Position numbers and translations under genes: made by a program. The notes beneath the pieces were generated by a model. The model was not told the origin of the DNA and ran no database searches. It was given only the letters and a program-made list of their open reading frames with translations. A stretch of DNA of 64,000 nt, taken from assembly GCA_951406725.2 (NCBI GenBank), contig OX597818.1, forward strand, positions 51,584,001 through 51,648,000. Direction: 5' to 3'. This document shows, piece by piece, positions 61,570 to 64,000 of the stretch (its first letter is position 1; every line of letters begins with the position of its first letter). Origin of the DNA: Octopus vulgaris (Eukaryota).

Positions 61570-61714
61570 CTGGCTTCTTTCAATTTCCGTATACCAAATC
61601 CACTCACACAGCTTTGGTCGGCCCATGGCTATAGTAAAAGACATTTGCCCAAGATTTCGCGCTGTAGGACAGAACCTAGAACCATATAGTTTGAAAGCAA
61701 GCTTCTTACCACGA

Positions 61715-61754
<40 letters not shown>

Positions 61755-61902
61755 CGACTGGCTTCTTTCAATTTCAGTCTACCAAATCCACTCACACAGC
61801 TTTGGTCGGCCCATGGCTATAGTAGAAGACATTTGCCCAAGATTTCGCGCTGTAGGACAGAACCCAGAACCATATAGTTTGAAAGCAAGCTTCTTACCAC
61901 GT

Positions 61903-61946
<44 letters not shown>

Positions 61947-62093
61947 GACTGGCTTCTTTCAATTTCCGTCTACCAAATCCACTCACACAGCTTTGGTCGG
62001 CCCATGGCTATAGTAAAAGACATTTGCCCAAGATTTCGCGTAGTAGGACTGAACCTAGAACCATATAGTTTGAAAGCAAGCTTCTTACCACGT

Positions 62094-62155
<62 letters not shown>

Positions 62156-62302
62156 GACTGGCTTCTTTCAATTTCCGTCTACCAAATCCACTCACACAGC
62201 TTTGGTCGGCCCATGGCTATAGTAAAAGACATTTGCCCAAGATTTCGCGCTGTAGGATAGAACCTAGAACCATATAGTTTGAAAGCAAGCTTCTTACCAC
62301 GT

Positions 62303-62336
<34 letters not shown>

Positions 62337-62483
62337 GACTGGCTTCTTTCAATTTCCGTCTACCAAATCCACTCACACAGCTTTGGTCGGCCCATGGCTA
62401 TAGTAAAAGACATTTGCCCAAGATTTCGCGCAGAAGGACTGAACCCAGAACCATATAGTTTGAAAGCAAGCTTCTTACCACGT

Positions 62484-62529
<46 letters not shown>

Positions 62530-62676
62530 GACTGGCTTCTTTCAATTTCCGTCTACCAAATCCACTCACACAGCTTTGGTCGGCCCATGGCTATAGTAAA
62601 AGACATTTGCCCAAGATTTCGCGCAGTAGGACTGAACCTAGAACCATATAGTTTGAAAGCAAGCTTCTTACCACGT

Positions 62677-62720
<44 letters not shown>

Positions 62721-62867
62721 GACTGGCTTCTTTCAATTTCCGTCTACCAAATCCACTCACACAGCTTTGGTCGGCCCATGGCTATAGTAAAAGACATTTG
62801 CCCAAGATTTCGCGCAGTAGGACAGAACCTAGAACCATATAGTTTGAAAGCAAGCTTCTTACCACGT

Positions 62868-62937
<70 letters not shown>

Positions 62938-63084
62938 GACTGGCTTCTTTCAATTTCCGTCTACCAAATCCACTCACACAGCTTTGGTCGGCCCATGGCT
63001 ATAGTAAAAGACATTTGCCCAAGATTTCGCGCAGTAGGACAGAACCTAGAACCATATAGTTTGAAAGCAAGCTTCTTACCACGT

Positions 63085-63120
<36 letters not shown>

Positions 63121-63267
63121 GACTGGCTTCTTTCAATTTCCGTCTACCAAATCCACTCACACAGCTTTGGTCGGCCCATGGCTATAGTAAAAGACATTTG
63201 CCCAAGATTTCGCGCTGTAGGACAGAACCCAGAACCATATAGTTTGAAAGCAAGCTTCTTACCACGT

Positions 63268-63315
<48 letters not shown>

Positions 63316-63462
63316 GACTGGCTTCTTTCAATTTCCGTCTACCAAATCCACTCACACAGCTTTGGTCGGCCCATGGCTATAGTAAAAGACATTTGCCCAA
63401 GATTTCGCGCTGTAGGACAGAACCTAGAACCATATCGTTTGAAAGCAAGCTTCTTACCACGT

Positions 63463-63508
<46 letters not shown>

Positions 63509-63655
63509 GACTGGCTTCTTTCAATTTCCGTCTACCAAATCCACTCACACAGCTTTGGTCGGCCCATGGCTATAGTAAAAGACATTTGCCCAAGATTTCG
63601 CGCTGTAGGACAGAACCTAGAACCATATAGTTTGAAAGCAAGCTTCTTACCACGT

Positions 63656-63719
<64 letters not shown>

Positions 63720-63866
63720 GACTGGCTTCTTTCAATTTCCGTCTACCAAATCCACTCACACAGCTTTGGTCGGCCCATGGCTATAGTAGAAGACATTTGC
63801 CCAAGATTTCGCGCTGTAGGACAGAACCCAGAACCATATAGTTTGAAAGCAAGCTTCTTACCACGT

Positions 63867-63907
<41 letters not shown>

Positions 63908-64000
63908 CACATACGACTGGCTTCTTTCAATTTCCGTCTACCAAATCCACTCACACAGCTTTGGTCGGCCCATGGCTATAGTAAAAGACATTTGCCCAAG
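61568..64000 (-). repeat. SINE-derived satellite: ~150-bp family A 5' half plus variable (CA)n, at least 13 units, running off the window
   Basis: Near-identical units ACGACTGGCTTCTTTCAATTTCC...CTTACCACGTACG(CA)n. The first unit joins a family A 3' half at ~61335-61500. Confidence 0.93.

Noticed and set aside
61405-63841. Repeated MAIVKDICPRFR... ORFs
   Set aside because: Translations of SINE-derived satellite units. The frame changes with (CA)n length.

Overview
AT-rich, repeat-dense animal genomic DNA. The SINE families and microsatellite content suggest an octopus (inference, not a database result). Most of the window is three tRNA-derived SINE families, LINE fragments (CR1-like, RTE-like, Tx1/L1-like), Penelope-like element (PLE) remnants, mariner/pogo-type DNA transposons, three non-autonomous Helitrons and simple repeats. 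Four things stand out. (1) A near-identical 362-bp tandem array (37351-40131) sits inside a (TA)n tract and flips orientation at 39070-39073, forming a ~1.06-kb-arm palindrome. Every unit carries a type I hammerhead ribozyme with a compensatory U3-A8 core variant. This looks like a retrozyme-type element integrated by twin priming from a circular or multimeric RNA. Several unrelated hammerhead-bearing short elements also occur, most of them beside microsatellites. (2) A tandemly duplicated, intronless orphan gene pair (927 aa and 485 aa ORFs, minus strand), one copy with a 180-aa module amplified four times. (3) A decaying cluster of ten tRNA-Ala genes/pseudogenes (33.3-50.9 kb), including one AGC-to-TGC anticodon switch. 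(4) Two young satellites: a 21-23-bp minisatellite and a ~200-bp SINE-derived array. Most ORFs in the supplied track are repeat artefacts.
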